NCBI RefSeq assembly: GCF_048593235.1 | Contig: NC_133620.1 | Span: forward strand, 344,425,765-344,489,764 | DNA: 64,000 nucleotides | Reading direction: 5' to 3' | DNA from: Sminthopsis crassicaudata | Taxonomy: Eukaryota | Shown here: positions 11,501 through 21,470 of the stretch, piece after piece | Layout: each line of letters starts with the position of its first letter | Position numbering within the stretch: position 1 is the stretch's first letter | Translations under genes and position numbers: made by a program | Notes under the pieces: generated by a model | Told to the model about the DNA's origin: nothing | What the model saw: the letters and a program-made list of their open reading frames with translations, nothing else | The model's database searches: none

Positions 11501-14500
11501 TTGCACCGATGCCTAGTAGAGAATTTCAGTTGATGTTAAATTATCGTAAATAGCTGTAATGGCAGCTAAAAAATAATCTAATATTCCATTCATGACATTT
11601 CCACTACTATCACCAAGCTTTTCTACCCTGGTCCCCCTGACTCTTCGTGGTAAAGGCTGGGCTTAGTGAGATACAGGAGTAGAGGTGGGAATTTCAAGGT
11701 GAAAGATTTTGAGACTGGAGGAATCTCTGATGTGTGTATGGAGGGAAAACCTTAAGGGGCAAGGTTTTCCTTACTCCTCTCTCCCCTCCAGGATGAGGCC
11801 GAATTCCGAGACAAACTGAGCCCCATCGTGATTAGCCTTAATGTGTCCCTAAAGAGCAAGGGTGCTGAAGGGCCTCTGCCCCTCATCCTAAAAGGAGACA
11901 CTCATGTCCAAGAGCAGGTAAGGGGAGGGTCAGCTTGGGAGCCAGTGTGGACCTTGAGAGAAGAGGGAAAAGAGAAACTGAAGATGAGACTGAGGTTGCC
12001 AGCCAAAGTTGGGGATGATGAAATAGAGGAAGTGGAATGGGAAAAGTATTTCGAGACCCAAGTTTTCCCCCTAGACTCGAATCATCCTAGACTGTGGGGA
12101 AGATGATCTCTGCGTGCCCCAGTTACAACTCAACGCTAGCGTGTGAGTGGGCCCCTGCTTGCCCCCAGTCCGATAGCTCATCCAGCCTTTGCCCCTTTCC
12201 TCCTGCTGTGATCTTCAATGAATCATGAAACATCTTTAGTCTTTAGTTTTCTCACTGGAAAGATGAGAATTCAACTCAATGAGTATCTGAAGGAAAGAAG
12301 GCGTGCCAGACAAAATTAGGGGCCCTTGTAGCTCTGAGCTGTGATTTTCTGCCCCCTGCACCTCCATTCCCATCCCTCTCCCTCTTCCCTATTCCCTTAT
12401 TCTGAGCCTTCCCCCTGCCCCTAGCCCAATGTCCACACTGCTCATGTTTAATCTCCACCTTATCCCTCCCACACCATGGGTGCCATCCATGCCCCACAGC
12501 ATCTGGCCGGTGTCCCTAGCTTTTTTCTCCCTGTGCTACTTCTAGTGAAGGCTCTCCACTTGTAATTGGGGCAGACAACGTGCTGAAGCTGCAAGTAGAC
12601 ACCTCCAACGAGGGGGAAGGTGCCTATGAGGCTGAGCTGGCTGTCCATCTGCCCCAAGGCTCCCATTTCATGCAGGCACTGAGTGACATCAAGGTGAGGG
12701 CATCTGATGCTGCTTTTGCCCTTCTCAGGCACTGTGGATCTCTCTGAGCCTGAAAGGTCTTTAACCCTTCTGGGTTGCTGGCTCCCAAATGATACCAGTG
12801 AATTCAAATCCCTCCCTGCCTCCCCTACACAGAACTTTGAGAAACTACTTTGTATCCAGAAGAAGGAGAATGAGAGTCAATTAGTGCTGTGTGAACTGGG
12901 CAACCCCATGAAGAAGGATGCCAGGGTAAAGGGCCATGGCTGCAGGAGATGACTGAAAGGGGGGAGGGGTTTCACCAGTCCCAGAAACCAGGAGTTAGGA
13001 TAGAATGGGGGAGTATCCCTGACCAAGCCCTTCTTCCCTTTCCAGATAAGAGTCCTTATGCTGGTGAGCATAGGAAACTTGGAAGAAGCTGGAGATAGTG
13101 TCTCCTTTATGTTGCAGATTAAGAGGTAATAAGGACATAAACTATTTTCGAATATATTCTTAGGAATCGGGAAGAGAAGGTTTAGAATTTGGAACTCAAA
13201 ACTTTTTTTAAAATGTTTTTAAGTTCTTTTAACATATAATTGGGATGGAAAATAAAATATATATATATATTTTAAATTTAAGCGATAATAAAGCTACTCT
13301 CTTCCAAACAGCCATGCTTTCATCCTCCCATCCCCACCCACAGATTGGAACATAATTGATTCATTCAATTATATTCTCAGAAAGGGGAGAGAGGATTAGA
13401 ATTGGGAATTCTAAATTTTGTTTTTAATGTTTTGAAATTCTTTTAAAATATAATTGGAATGGAAAATAAAATATATTTTAAGAGGTAATAAGGTTACCTA
13501 CCCTCTTCTATACATCCATACTTTCATCCTCCCCACCCCTTCACCTCCAGATTGGAACATTTTTGATCCATTCATCTAAAAAGAACTTCTAAAGATCACA
13601 GGATGTTGGTGCTAGAAGGGATCTTCGAGTTCATCTGATTCAAACCCAAACCACTCATATTACAGATTAAGAAATTGATACCCAGAAAGTGTGTGACTTA
13701 AGGTCACCAAGGCAGGATTAGCACTTGGGTCTCCTACCTCCAAATTCAGTGCTCTTGCCTCTGTCATGCAGCTTCATGTCTTCCATCTCCCTACTCTTAG
13801 GCAAGAAGGCTCATTAGCAATCCAGTTTACTTCTTCCAAGGAAAAAGTTAATTCCCTTTGTTTGTCAGGGTCAAGTTTTAGAGTCTCCTAAACATCAAAG
13901 TTTAAACCCATTTCTTCAGGCTATAGTAAAGTCCCTCTGTGCCATTAGTCATCTGTGGCTATATAGCCTTAAAGCTCAGAGAAGCCATTTTGGAAGTTCA
14001 GAGCTACTTATCTCATCACCACAAGACCCCCTGGGGCACCTTCCCTTCATATCTTCCTCCCCTCTTTGTCCTTTATTCCTCTCCCTCAACAGCAAGAATC
14101 GTCAAAATCCCAACAGTGAAGCTTTTCTACTAGAGGTCCCAGTCAGAGCCAAAGCACTTGTGGAGCTGTTTGGGTGAGTGGGCTGAGTCTGGAAAGGAGG
14201 CACTGAGTCTTTTAAAGGGAGAGAAAGCTGCTGAAAGGGGGAGGTCAGGGCAAGATAGAGGTGACTGGAGTGGGAGAGAGGGGGACAGAATGAGAGACTG
14301 GGATAAAATGGGAGAAGGGGAATGGAATGGGAGGAAAGGAGATGGAATGGGAAGGAGGGAGGGAGAGGGATAGATTGGGAGGGAAAAAGATGGAATGGGA
14401 GGGAATGGGTAGAATAGAAAGGCGGATAGTATGAGAAGGAGGAGGGTGGAATGGAGGGAGGTGGGATGAGATGAAATGGTAATATGTACAGAAGGAAGGG

Positions 14501-17500
14501 GCTCAGCCCTTTTGGGACTCTCGGATCTGGCAGGAACTCTTTCCCAGCTACCTTAGTGTTTTCCCCACCTCCTGAGGAAACCCTAAGGAACAAGGATCCA
14601 ACAACTGTGAACAGGAATACCCACAAAACGGAAGATACTTCCAAGGTGGAACATGCATTTGAGGTATGGAGTAACTGAGTAGGGTCTGGTTAGGCTAGAA
14701 AAAAAAGCATAATCTCCTATGTCTTCAGATCCTAGACCTGTGTGAGACCTGTAGTCTCTAGGATTTGGATGAAAGGGGTTGGGGAGTACAACGTGATCTT
14801 GTCAGGGAAGGGAGCTGTGCTTTATTCCTTTTCTTCCTCCTCCCTAAGCTCCACAACCAGGGTCCAGGGGCAGTGAGTGGACTTCAGCTTTGGGTAGGTT
14901 TCCCTAGCCGTTCTGAGAATGATGATCTGCTCTACGTGTTGGATGTTCAAGGTCATGAGGGCCTCCAGTGCTCTGTTCAGCCTCCCCCCAATCCCTTCAA
15001 TGTAAGAATTTGCAAGGATGGCAGGGGTGGGAGGGAAGGAGGTGGGGAATTAGGGGGTAGAGGAGGGAAATCCCCAAGGCAGAAGTCAGCTCAGATTAGA
15101 GTGACTAAAGGAGTCCAGAGGTCAAACAGAAAGGTCAAGTAAAGGAAAACGAGGAAAAGTGGAAAGAAGGAAGGGGGAGCAGGGCCAGACAGCTGTCCAG
15201 AATTCCAGAACGGCACATCAATGGTCAGGGAATCCAAGAATGTCTCCTGCAACACAGCATCCATATAAAACGGACTGGAGAGAGGTTTGAGGAAAGAAAC
15301 AAAATTTCCCTTAAATTTTTAAAGTTTTAATTTAATGTTATTTTTCCAGTTACAAGTAAAGATAGTTTTTCACCTTCATTTTTCTAAGATTTTGAGTTCC
15401 AATTTTTTTTCTCCCTCCTCTCTCCTCAAGAAAGCAAGCAATCTGATATAGGTTGTATATCTACAATCAAAATTTTTAAACATACTTCATATTAGTCATG
15501 TTGAGAAAGAAAAATCCAAACAAAATTTCCCTTGAATTTGAGTAGGGAAAGGGAGGAAGGGAGCAGCATTGGGGTAGGGAGTGGGAAAGCCAGATGTTCC
15601 AGCTGGGAAGCCTTCTGGATGAGGATGTGAACAGGACATGGGAGCATTCTCATTTAGGGAATTTAGGTTTAGCTCATAGAATCCAACATCCATTCTTTTA
15701 CCTCTGCAGTTGAAAGTTGGCCAACCCACCCCAGCTCCCAGCTCTACTCCCGCCCACCCTTTCCAGCATGAACGAGAAAGGCGGAGTGCTTTTATCCCAG
15801 AGCATCTGGGACCCTCTGGGCTCCAAGAACCAACACTTCTGGTGAGCTGCATATCCTCTGCCCTTAGGGGGGAGGGGAGAAAGAAGCCCTTTGCTCACCA
15901 TCGAAGTGGCTCACTAGCTTTTTTCCTGAGTGTGTCTAATGAGAACTACCTCTTGTTGGGATCCTCCACTGGACATAGGACCTGAGGGTCTGGTACTCTA
16001 GGTAAGACCTGGGGACTAAGTGAATGGCGTGGAGGAACTGGGGAAAGGAGACCAAGAAATACTTACTGAGGACTCTGGATCTGGAGTCAGAGGGCCTGGG
16101 TGCAAATTCAGATCTGCTCCTTACTATCTGTCATCTTTTAAGTCACATCTCTCCGATCTCATGTTCTGACCACTGCACCACCCAGCTGCCCTCCTGGGTG
16201 AGAGTAGATGAACTTTAAGGTCCCTCCTACCTCTGAGGCTTATGTCTGGTGAAAACTTTCTGTGAAAGGCATTTTGAGGGGCAGCTAGGTGGCGTAGTGG
16301 ATAGAGCACCACCCTGAATTCAGGAGGACCCGAGTTTGAATCTGGTCTCAGACACTTGACACTTCCTAGCTGTGTGACCCTGGGCAAGTCACTTAACCCC
16401 AGCCTGGGGGGGGGGGGGAGGTATTTTGAAATCTAACAGGGATTTAAGACACTGAACCTGCCCTCAAGGGATGGAGGAGGGGGGGGGGAGGGCTGTGAAT
16501 GCTGTCAATGAAGATACATGTATATGTATACATACACACATGTAATATATATATATATTACATATGTGTATATATTACATATATATGTTCATATATATTC
16601 ATGTTTGCACATGAATATGTAGAGTCAGCAGGGATAGACTTCTGGGCTTGAAGTCAAGAAGACTTCAGCTTGCACCTCAGACATTTACTATGTGACCCTG
16701 AAGCAAATCATTTCTCAGCATTTTCTTAACCTCAGTGCTTATCTGTAAAATGGGGATAAATAATAGCATTTGTGTTATGGGAATGTTAGGAAGTCAAGGG
16801 CGGTAATGTCCATTGAAGGCTTAGCAAACCTGATAGGGCGAACTGCGTATTAAGTCTATAGAAAGTGGTGAACCCCCTCATTTTCTGACTGGAGAAGAAG
16901 GAAGGGATGAGCCTGGGAGTGGAGGGGTTCAGAGAGTTGGGGCCGGGAGCAGGGGCTAACTGATGGACTGGTGATGTTCCTGGTAGAATTGTGATGCTTG
17001 GCCCTGCACCTGGGTGGAGTGTGAACTGAAGCAGATGGAGCGGGGTCAGCGGGCCATGCTCACCATATCCACCATGCTATGGATGCCTGGCCTCCTCAAG
17101 GTACCTCAAGGTGGTAGCCAGCAGGGCAGGGCAGGGGTTATGTCATGAGTTTTATATTGATGTGTGGACACGGGTTATCCTGTTCCATCTTTTACCTATG
17201 TTGGATTTCTTGCTGTCTAGGGGAAAGAGTAGGTGAAGAGAGGGAGAAAAATTTAAAACACAGGGTTTTGCAAGGGTGAATGTTGAAAACTTTCTTTGCA
17301 TGTATTTTGAAAATTAAAAGCTATTATTTAAAAAAAAAATACAGGTTATTGTGCTCAGACTCATGCTGAGTGATAGTATCTTTTCTCCCTTTCCTTGACC
17401 TGCCCACACCAGAGACCTTTGGAACAGTTTGTCCTGCAGTCTAAAGCCTGGTTCAATGTCTCTGGACTGCCTTACGATGTGCCTGCAGAGAGCCTGCCTC

Positions 17501-20376
17501 ATGGAGATGTTGTGGTTGGTTCAAGAGAGTGGGATTGAAAACAGCTAGGCCCCAAGGGATGGGAGAAGGTGGGGACTAGGGGCCCTGTCCTTGACTCAGA
17601 GGGCTATGGGGGATATGTTCACCCATATGTAGATTCAAGGCGAACTGCCATCTTGGGAACTACTAGACCACTGCCCCATCAGGAGGGATGTTTCTGAAAT
17701 GGAAGTTGGGGGGGGGTGTCCTCCCAGGTGGAGACCAAGCTGCTTCAGGTACGCCTGGAAGAAACAGAGATTCCCACCTGGTGGGTGGTCGTGGGTGTGA
17801 TAGGTGGACTACTTTTGCTGATCTTGCTCATCCTTGTAATGTGGAAGGTAAGAATATAGGGGAAGCTGGGGCCTAGAAGAGGAGGGGCAAGGATGGCCCG
17901 AATGTCTGGCCTCTGTGGCAGTAAATAGTTACCTAGTTCTGTGGTGTAATGAGATCTGAGAAAGCCCTCCTCCCCAAAAGACTTCCCACATCCTGGGGAT
18001 GCCACATCCCAGGGTCATTCCTTTGGAATAAGTGTTGTTCCAATCCTCTCTTAAGTCACAAGTGTGGGGGATTTAGATGGGAGGGAGAAGGGGACAGAGT
18101 TGTGTCAAGTTATCCATTCCTTTGCTTGAATGAATGAGTATAATGGGGGCAGGGATTGACTTTGCTTTTCTTTGCATTCCACTTTTATTCACCTTTGTTA
18201 TTGTTGATTAATTGACTTATGGAGGCCATCCCAGAAAGTGTGTACATTGTTTCTCTGGAATCTTATGTTATTGTTGTTCAGTCCTCTCTGACTCTTCATG
18301 ACCCCATGGAGATTTTCTTGGCAAAGATAGAAAAGTTATTTGCCATTTCCTTCTCCAGCTCATTTTACAGATGGAGAAACTGAGGCAAACAGGGTTAAGA
18401 GCCACACAGCTAGTGAATGTCTGTGTCCAGGTTTGAGCTCAGAAAGAGGCCCTGCACTCTGGGTCAGAAGGTGGAGTTAACTTCTTGTTCAAGAAGCAGA
18501 AAGTAGTTCACTGAATCATCAATAGGATTTAAGATAGCACCTTATGAAGGGCTTCATAGCTATCCAGAGACTTTCATATTTCATCCTAGAGATTGGAGGA
18601 AGTCAATAAATAAATAAACTAGAGTTTATTGAGTAATGGTGGGGAAGATCATTTTGACAGCTGAGCAGAAAATGGACAAGAATAGGGAGCTATGGCAAGG
18701 AGTGGCCCTGCTATGAGATGATGAGTGCCTGCACCAGGATGGGAGGCAATATCAGTCGGCAGGAGGAAGGGGACCACAGTTAAGAGACATTTTGAAGGCA
18801 AAATCAACAGTCTTTGGCAACTGATTGCATAGAACAAGTGAGAGTGAACAGTTGGGATGGAAGCCTAGTTAGTGAGCCTGGGTGACTAGAAAGATGGTGG
18901 TCCTTTTGACAGCAAAAGGGAGAGTTTGGGGAGAACGATAGTAAGATCAGTTCTGAATAAGTTGAGTTTAAGGTGTCTGCTGCAACATCCAGTTTGCGAG
19001 ATATGAGCAGTTGGAGATATGAGACTGGAGATCAGGGTTGAGTAAGATAAATAGATTTGAGAATCATCAGTACAGAGATGATAATTGAATCTGTGGGAAA
19101 TCATGAAGACACCAAATAAATACTGTAGATGGAGAAGAGGCAGAGATTAGAAGGGAGAGCATGGAGGCAGCCAAGGAAAATAAAGTTGTTGTCCATTCAT
19201 TTTTCAATTATTTTCAACTCTTCATGACCCCATTTGAGGGAAGGGAGATAGGATTATCTAATGATGCCCCAGACAGGATGCTGTAGAATACCCATTGTAA
19301 TTTAAGTATGACCTGGATGAAGAGTACCAGGAAAGAATGGTGTCACCAAAAATATAAATATAATCTCCTTGAGCATAGAGACTATTTTCATATATTCTCT
19401 GTATCTCCAACATTGCTTAGCACAGAATAAACACTTAATAAATACTTGTTGATTGTTTGATTGAAAATAATGCAAAGGGGGAAAGAGATAAGTGTGCAAA
19501 GGTGATTTTGACTTATTTCCCAGTTTTGTGGGGGGTATGGTAGGGCAGGGGCAACCAGGTGGCACAATGGTGTGAGTGCCAGGCTTGGAGTCAGAAATAC
19601 TCATCTTCCTAAGTTTAAATCTAGACTTAGACACTTAAGTCATTGTGTGACCCTGGACAAGTCACTTAATCCTGTTTGTCTCAGTTTCCTCATCTGTAAA
19701 ATGAACTGGAGAAGGAAATGGCAAACCACTCCAGGATCTTTGTCAAGTTGGACACAACAGAACAAATAGTAGAGTATGGGAGAGTGGGAAGAATGGTGGA
19801 AATAAAAAGGTATCAAGGATACAAATTCTACTGTTTTCTGCTCCCTCGGTTGTTTAATCCTATTTTTAAAATTTTGGAATCATTGCTTGAAAGTAGGATG
19901 TCGATATTAACTGCATTAATTAACGTATCCCTCTGAGAGTTCCCAGTTCTATGGAAAAGACAAAACCAAGGGCCTACCCAAAATCTAAATCCTCCTGTCT
20001 TTGTTCCACCCTCTTTAAGAGGCAACAGGATCAGACACATAGATGTGTGTTTGAATCTCAGCTCTGCTGAGACTTTGGGTGGATTACCTCCCTTTGCTGA
20101 GCCTCTAATCAATAAGCCAATAATTGTACTCAATGACCCATCAAGTTTCATCCATCTCTAAATCTGTACCCTATAGACACAAGTTCTTGACTTGAATCTG
20201 AACTGGCTCCTCTCTGAATCTCTTTTTCCTCCTCTGTAAAATGTTGGATATTAGAATAACTAGTCCCTTAATTTGAATATTTGATAATTCTATTCTTCCC
20301 TCCTTTCTCTCTCTCCTAGGTTGGCTTCTTCAAAAGGAATCGCCCACCTCTAGAGGAAGAGGAAGAAGAGGAATAA
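5363..20376 (+). CDS. ITGA2B: Integrin alpha-IIb (platelet GPIIb/CD41), 30 coding exons, 1051 aa
   Basis: Signal peptide then LNLD, FG-GAP repeats with DxDxDG-type loops, thigh/calf domains, RERR furin site, TM helix, GFFKR tail; exons sum to 3156 nt in frame; 23 of 30 exon lengths equal recalled human values. Confidence 0.98.
6242..6363 (+). CDS. ITGA2B: ITGA2B exon 2 (122 nt)
   Basis: IGIVVGAPR...[11 protein letters not shown]...LKFDL; cag/gtgagt. Confidence 0.95.
6516..6613 (+). CDS. ITGA2B: ITGA2B exon 3 (98 nt)
   Basis: [22 protein letters not shown]; cag/gtgggc. Confidence 0.93.
6904..7066 (+). CDS. ITGA2B: ITGA2B exon 4 (163 nt)
   Basis: [30 protein letters not shown]...; cag/gtgagt. 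Confidence 0.95.
7236..7285 (+). CDS. ITGA2B: ITGA2B exon 5 (50 nt)
   Basis: [16 protein letters not shown]; cag/gtgaat. Confidence 0.93.
7481..7526 (+). CDS. ITGA2B: ITGA2B exon 6 (46 nt)
   Basis: [15 protein letters not shown]; cag/gtatca. Confidence 0.94.
7773..7901 (+). CDS. ITGA2B: ITGA2B exon 7 (129 nt)
   Basis: [14 protein letters not shown]...[13 protein letters not shown]; cag/gtaggg. Confidence 0.92.
8084..8131 (+). CDS. ITGA2B: ITGA2B exon 8 (48 nt)
   Basis: [15 protein letters not shown]; cag/gtaagt. Confidence 0.94.
8264..8307 (+). CDS. ITGA2B: ITGA2B exon 9 (44 nt)
   Basis: [14 protein letters not shown]; cag/gtgagt. Confidence 0.94.
8630..8683 (+). CDS. ITGA2B: ITGA2B exon 10 (54 nt)
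   Basis: [18 protein letters not shown]; cag/gttggg. Confidence 0.92.
8893..8945 (+). CDS. ITGA2B: ITGA2B exon 11 (53 nt)
   Basis: [17 protein letters not shown]; cag/gtgagg. Confidence 0.94.
9075..9283 (+). CDS. ITGA2B: ITGA2B exon 12 (209 nt)
   Basis: [27 protein letters not shown]...GDLDQDGYN; cag/gtgagg. Confidence 0.95.
9298..9417 (+). repeat. Pure-purine (GAA/GAG)-type low-complexity tract in ITGA2B intron 12
   Basis: 120 consecutive A/G bases. Confidence 0.95.
9478..9660 (+). CDS. ITGA2B: ITGA2B exon 13 (183 nt)
   Basis: [17 protein letters not shown]...[10 protein letters not shown]; cag/gtgcct. Confidence 0.95.
9908..10240 (-). mobile_element. L1 3'-end fragment
   Basis: Same 3' end type follows an L1 ORF2 remnant at 57450-57780; poly-T at the left. 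Confidence 0.65.
10373..10418 (+). CDS. ITGA2B: ITGA2B exon 14 (46 nt)
   Basis: [14 protein letters not shown]; cag/gtgagc. Confidence 0.94.
10668..10778 (+). CDS. ITGA2B: ITGA2B exon 15 (111 nt)
   Basis: [24 protein letters not shown]...; tag/gtgagg. Confidence 0.93.
10878..10933 (+). CDS. ITGA2B: ITGA2B exon 16 (56 nt)
   Basis: [18 protein letters not shown]; cag/gtgagt. Confidence 0.94.
11037..11188 (+). CDS. ITGA2B: ITGA2B exon 17 (152 nt)
   Basis: [23 protein letters not shown]...EAFLR; cag/gtaaag. Confidence 0.95.
11285..11470 (+). mobile_element. L1 3'-end fragment
   Basis: cctatatcagattgctt...aaaatttagagcacaaag...gttgaaaactgtctttgcat...A-rich end. Confidence 0.65.
11792..11917 (+). 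CDS. ITGA2B: ITGA2B exon 18 (126 nt)
   Basis: [20 protein letters not shown]...GDTHVQEQ; cag/gtaagg. Confidence 0.95.
12075..12142 (+). CDS. ITGA2B: ITGA2B exon 19 (68 nt)
   Basis: [22 protein letters not shown]; tag/gtgagt. Confidence 0.95.
12546..12693 (+). CDS. ITGA2B: ITGA2B exon 20 (148 nt)
   Basis: [16 protein letters not shown]...[11 protein letters not shown]...; tag/gtgagg. Confidence 0.95.
12833..12925 (+). CDS. ITGA2B: ITGA2B exon 21 (93 nt)
   Basis: [31 protein letters not shown]; cag/gtaaag. Confidence 0.95.
13046..13125 (+). CDS. ITGA2B: ITGA2B exon 22 (80 nt)
   Basis: [26 protein letters not shown]; cag/gtaata. Confidence 0.94.
13150..13575 (+). repeat. Diverged tandem duplication (two units of about 210-220 bp) containing an L1-type 3' end
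   Basis: Units at 13150-13367 and 13371-13575 share atattct...agaatt(t/g)ggaa...ataattgg(g/a)atggaaaataaaatat...ctttcatcctccc...cagattggaacat. Confidence 0.75.
14093..14173 (+). CDS. ITGA2B: ITGA2B exon 23 (81 nt)
   Basis: [26 protein letters not shown]; cag/gtgagt. Confidence 0.94.
14255..14480 (+). repeat. Purine-rich GGAAT/GGGA low-complexity tract, intron 23
   Basis: Recurrent ggaatgg/gggagg units. Confidence 0.75.
14534..14663 (+). CDS. ITGA2B: ITGA2B exon 24 (130 nt, 30 nt longer than human)
   Basis: [15 protein letters not shown]...SKVEHAFE; cag/gtatgg; phase fits the neighbours. Confidence 0.9.
14849..15001 (+). CDS. ITGA2B: ITGA2B exon 25 (153 nt)
   Basis: [14 protein letters not shown]...DLLYVLDVQ...PPNPFN; aag/gtaaga. 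Confidence 0.93.
15710..15841 (+). CDS. ITGA2B: ITGA2B exon 26 (132 nt, heavy/light chain cleavage site)
   Basis: LKVGQPTP...[12 protein letters not shown]...LQEPTLL; cag/gtgagc. Confidence 0.93.
16278..16418 (+). mobile_element. Young WSINE1-type SINE with G13 tail and 11-bp TSD
   Basis: ggggcagctaggtggcgtagtggatagagc (box A)...gagtttgaatc (box B)...gggcaagtcacttaacccc; flanks aggcattttga 16267-16277 and aggtattttga 16419-16429. Confidence 0.85.
16620..16830 (+). mobile_element. MIR-family SINE
   Basis: tgtgaccctg...cctcagtgcttatctgtaaaatgggga core. Confidence 0.55.
16987..17100 (+). CDS. ITGA2B: ITGA2B exon 27 (114 nt)
   Basis: [25 protein letters not shown]...GLLK; tag/gtacct gives the in-frame length. 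Confidence 0.88.
17413..17514 (+). CDS. ITGA2B: ITGA2B exon 28 (102 nt)
   Basis: [21 protein letters not shown]...; cag/gttggt. Confidence 0.93.
17728..17847 (+). CDS. ITGA2B: ITGA2B exon 29 (120 nt, transmembrane helix)
   Basis: [40 protein letters not shown]; cag/gtaaga. Confidence 0.94.
18265..18450 (-). mobile_element. MAR1-type SINE
   Basis: ttcttggcaaagata...tttgccatttccttctccagctcattttacagatggagaaactgaggc. Confidence 0.65.
18640..19150 (-). mobile_element. L2 remnant
   Basis: Reverse-frame remnants such as [12 protein letters not shown] resemble the L2 RT YADD region; ends approximate. Confidence 0.6.
19555..19775 (+). mobile_element. MAR1-type SINE
   Basis: Boxes A/B, CORE and ggagaaggaaatggcaaaccactccag tail. 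Confidence 0.7.
20320..20376 (+). CDS. ITGA2B: ITGA2B exon 30 coding part
   Basis: [18 protein letters not shown]-stop after a tag acceptor. Confidence 0.96.
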   Translation, partial: VGFFKRNRPPLEEEEEEE

Positions 20377-20642
20377 ATAAATTCTCTCCTCCCTCCCTCC
20401 TACTCTGAAGGGAAGACTGTTTCATACTTGGGGTTGTTGCCCTTTTGCCCTGCCTTCTCTCTATTGACTTTATCTACCTGTCCCAATCCCTAAAGCCACT
20501 CATCGTTGGGTATGGAGGGTAAGGGAAGGCAGGCATAGTGGAACCTGGCCAGACAAGCCCTCCCAAATCCAGGCTGCTCTTGCTAACCTCCATCTAAGAC
20601 AGATCCTTCTGGTTTTGTCATAATTCCCAGAAAAATGAACCT

Positions 20643-20648
20643 AATAAA
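20643..20648 (+). terminator. ITGA2B: Probable ITGA2B poly(A) signal
   Basis: AATAAA 267 nt after the stop codon. Confidence 0.55.
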
Positions 20649-21179
20649 TGAATCTGACACCATAATTCTACATAGTTCTGCCTTCTACAATTAGGGAGGA
20701 TTTGGGTCTGGGTACCCTTTTGAAACTGATATTTCTTATTGTGGTGGTCTATAGAGAAATGTGAGGGGGGATTATCTGGGTCAATCTCTTTGTAAATTGG
20801 ATTTTTGTTATTTATTTGCCTCCTGTCACTAGTGGTAAATCCTCATTCAGCCTCAGCCCCAGGGTGGTAAGAAAGTAGAAAGTGGTGATTGGGAGTGAGG
20901 GAGGAAGTATTAGAGTGTGAAAAAGCAACGATGGGATTAGGAATGAGAAAGTAGAATGGAATCAGAAGGGAAGGAGATTAAATGGGAGAAAGAGGGTGAA
21001 ATGGGAAGGAAGGGATGGAAATAGAAAGGAAAGGATAGAGTAGAAGGGAAGGGGTGGATAGGAAGGAAGTGAAATAGGAGAGAGGGGAGAGAGGATTGTT
21101 TGATGAACAAGGAAGGGGGCACTGGACAAAGAGAGGATGGAACCTAGAGGTAGGGTTTAGGAATGAGTAATGGAGGCAA

Positions 21180-21470
21180 TAAATCCATTTGATTCAGGCA
21201 GAAGGTAAATATAGTTAGTAATAATGGAAAGCTAAAGCCAAGAATGAGAAGAAATGTGCAGAAAGTACTGAATGGGAGAAAAGGGGCTTTTCCCACATAT
21301 ATTTAGAAAAGAAGAGCAGGAAAGGTATGTGCTGCTTAGGGAAGATGTATAATAGGGAGATCTTGATATCAGCACAGCATTTGGCAAAGTCTCATTATGG
21401 TGGACAGAAAAATGTGACCTGGATTACTGATGGGTTACTGCATGGTCAAGCAAATATACCCAAAGAATTG
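21180..21470 (+). mobile_element. L3/CR1 remnant
   Basis: cagcacagcatttggcaaagtctc...atatacccaaagaattga resembles the CR1 RT region. Confidence 0.45.
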
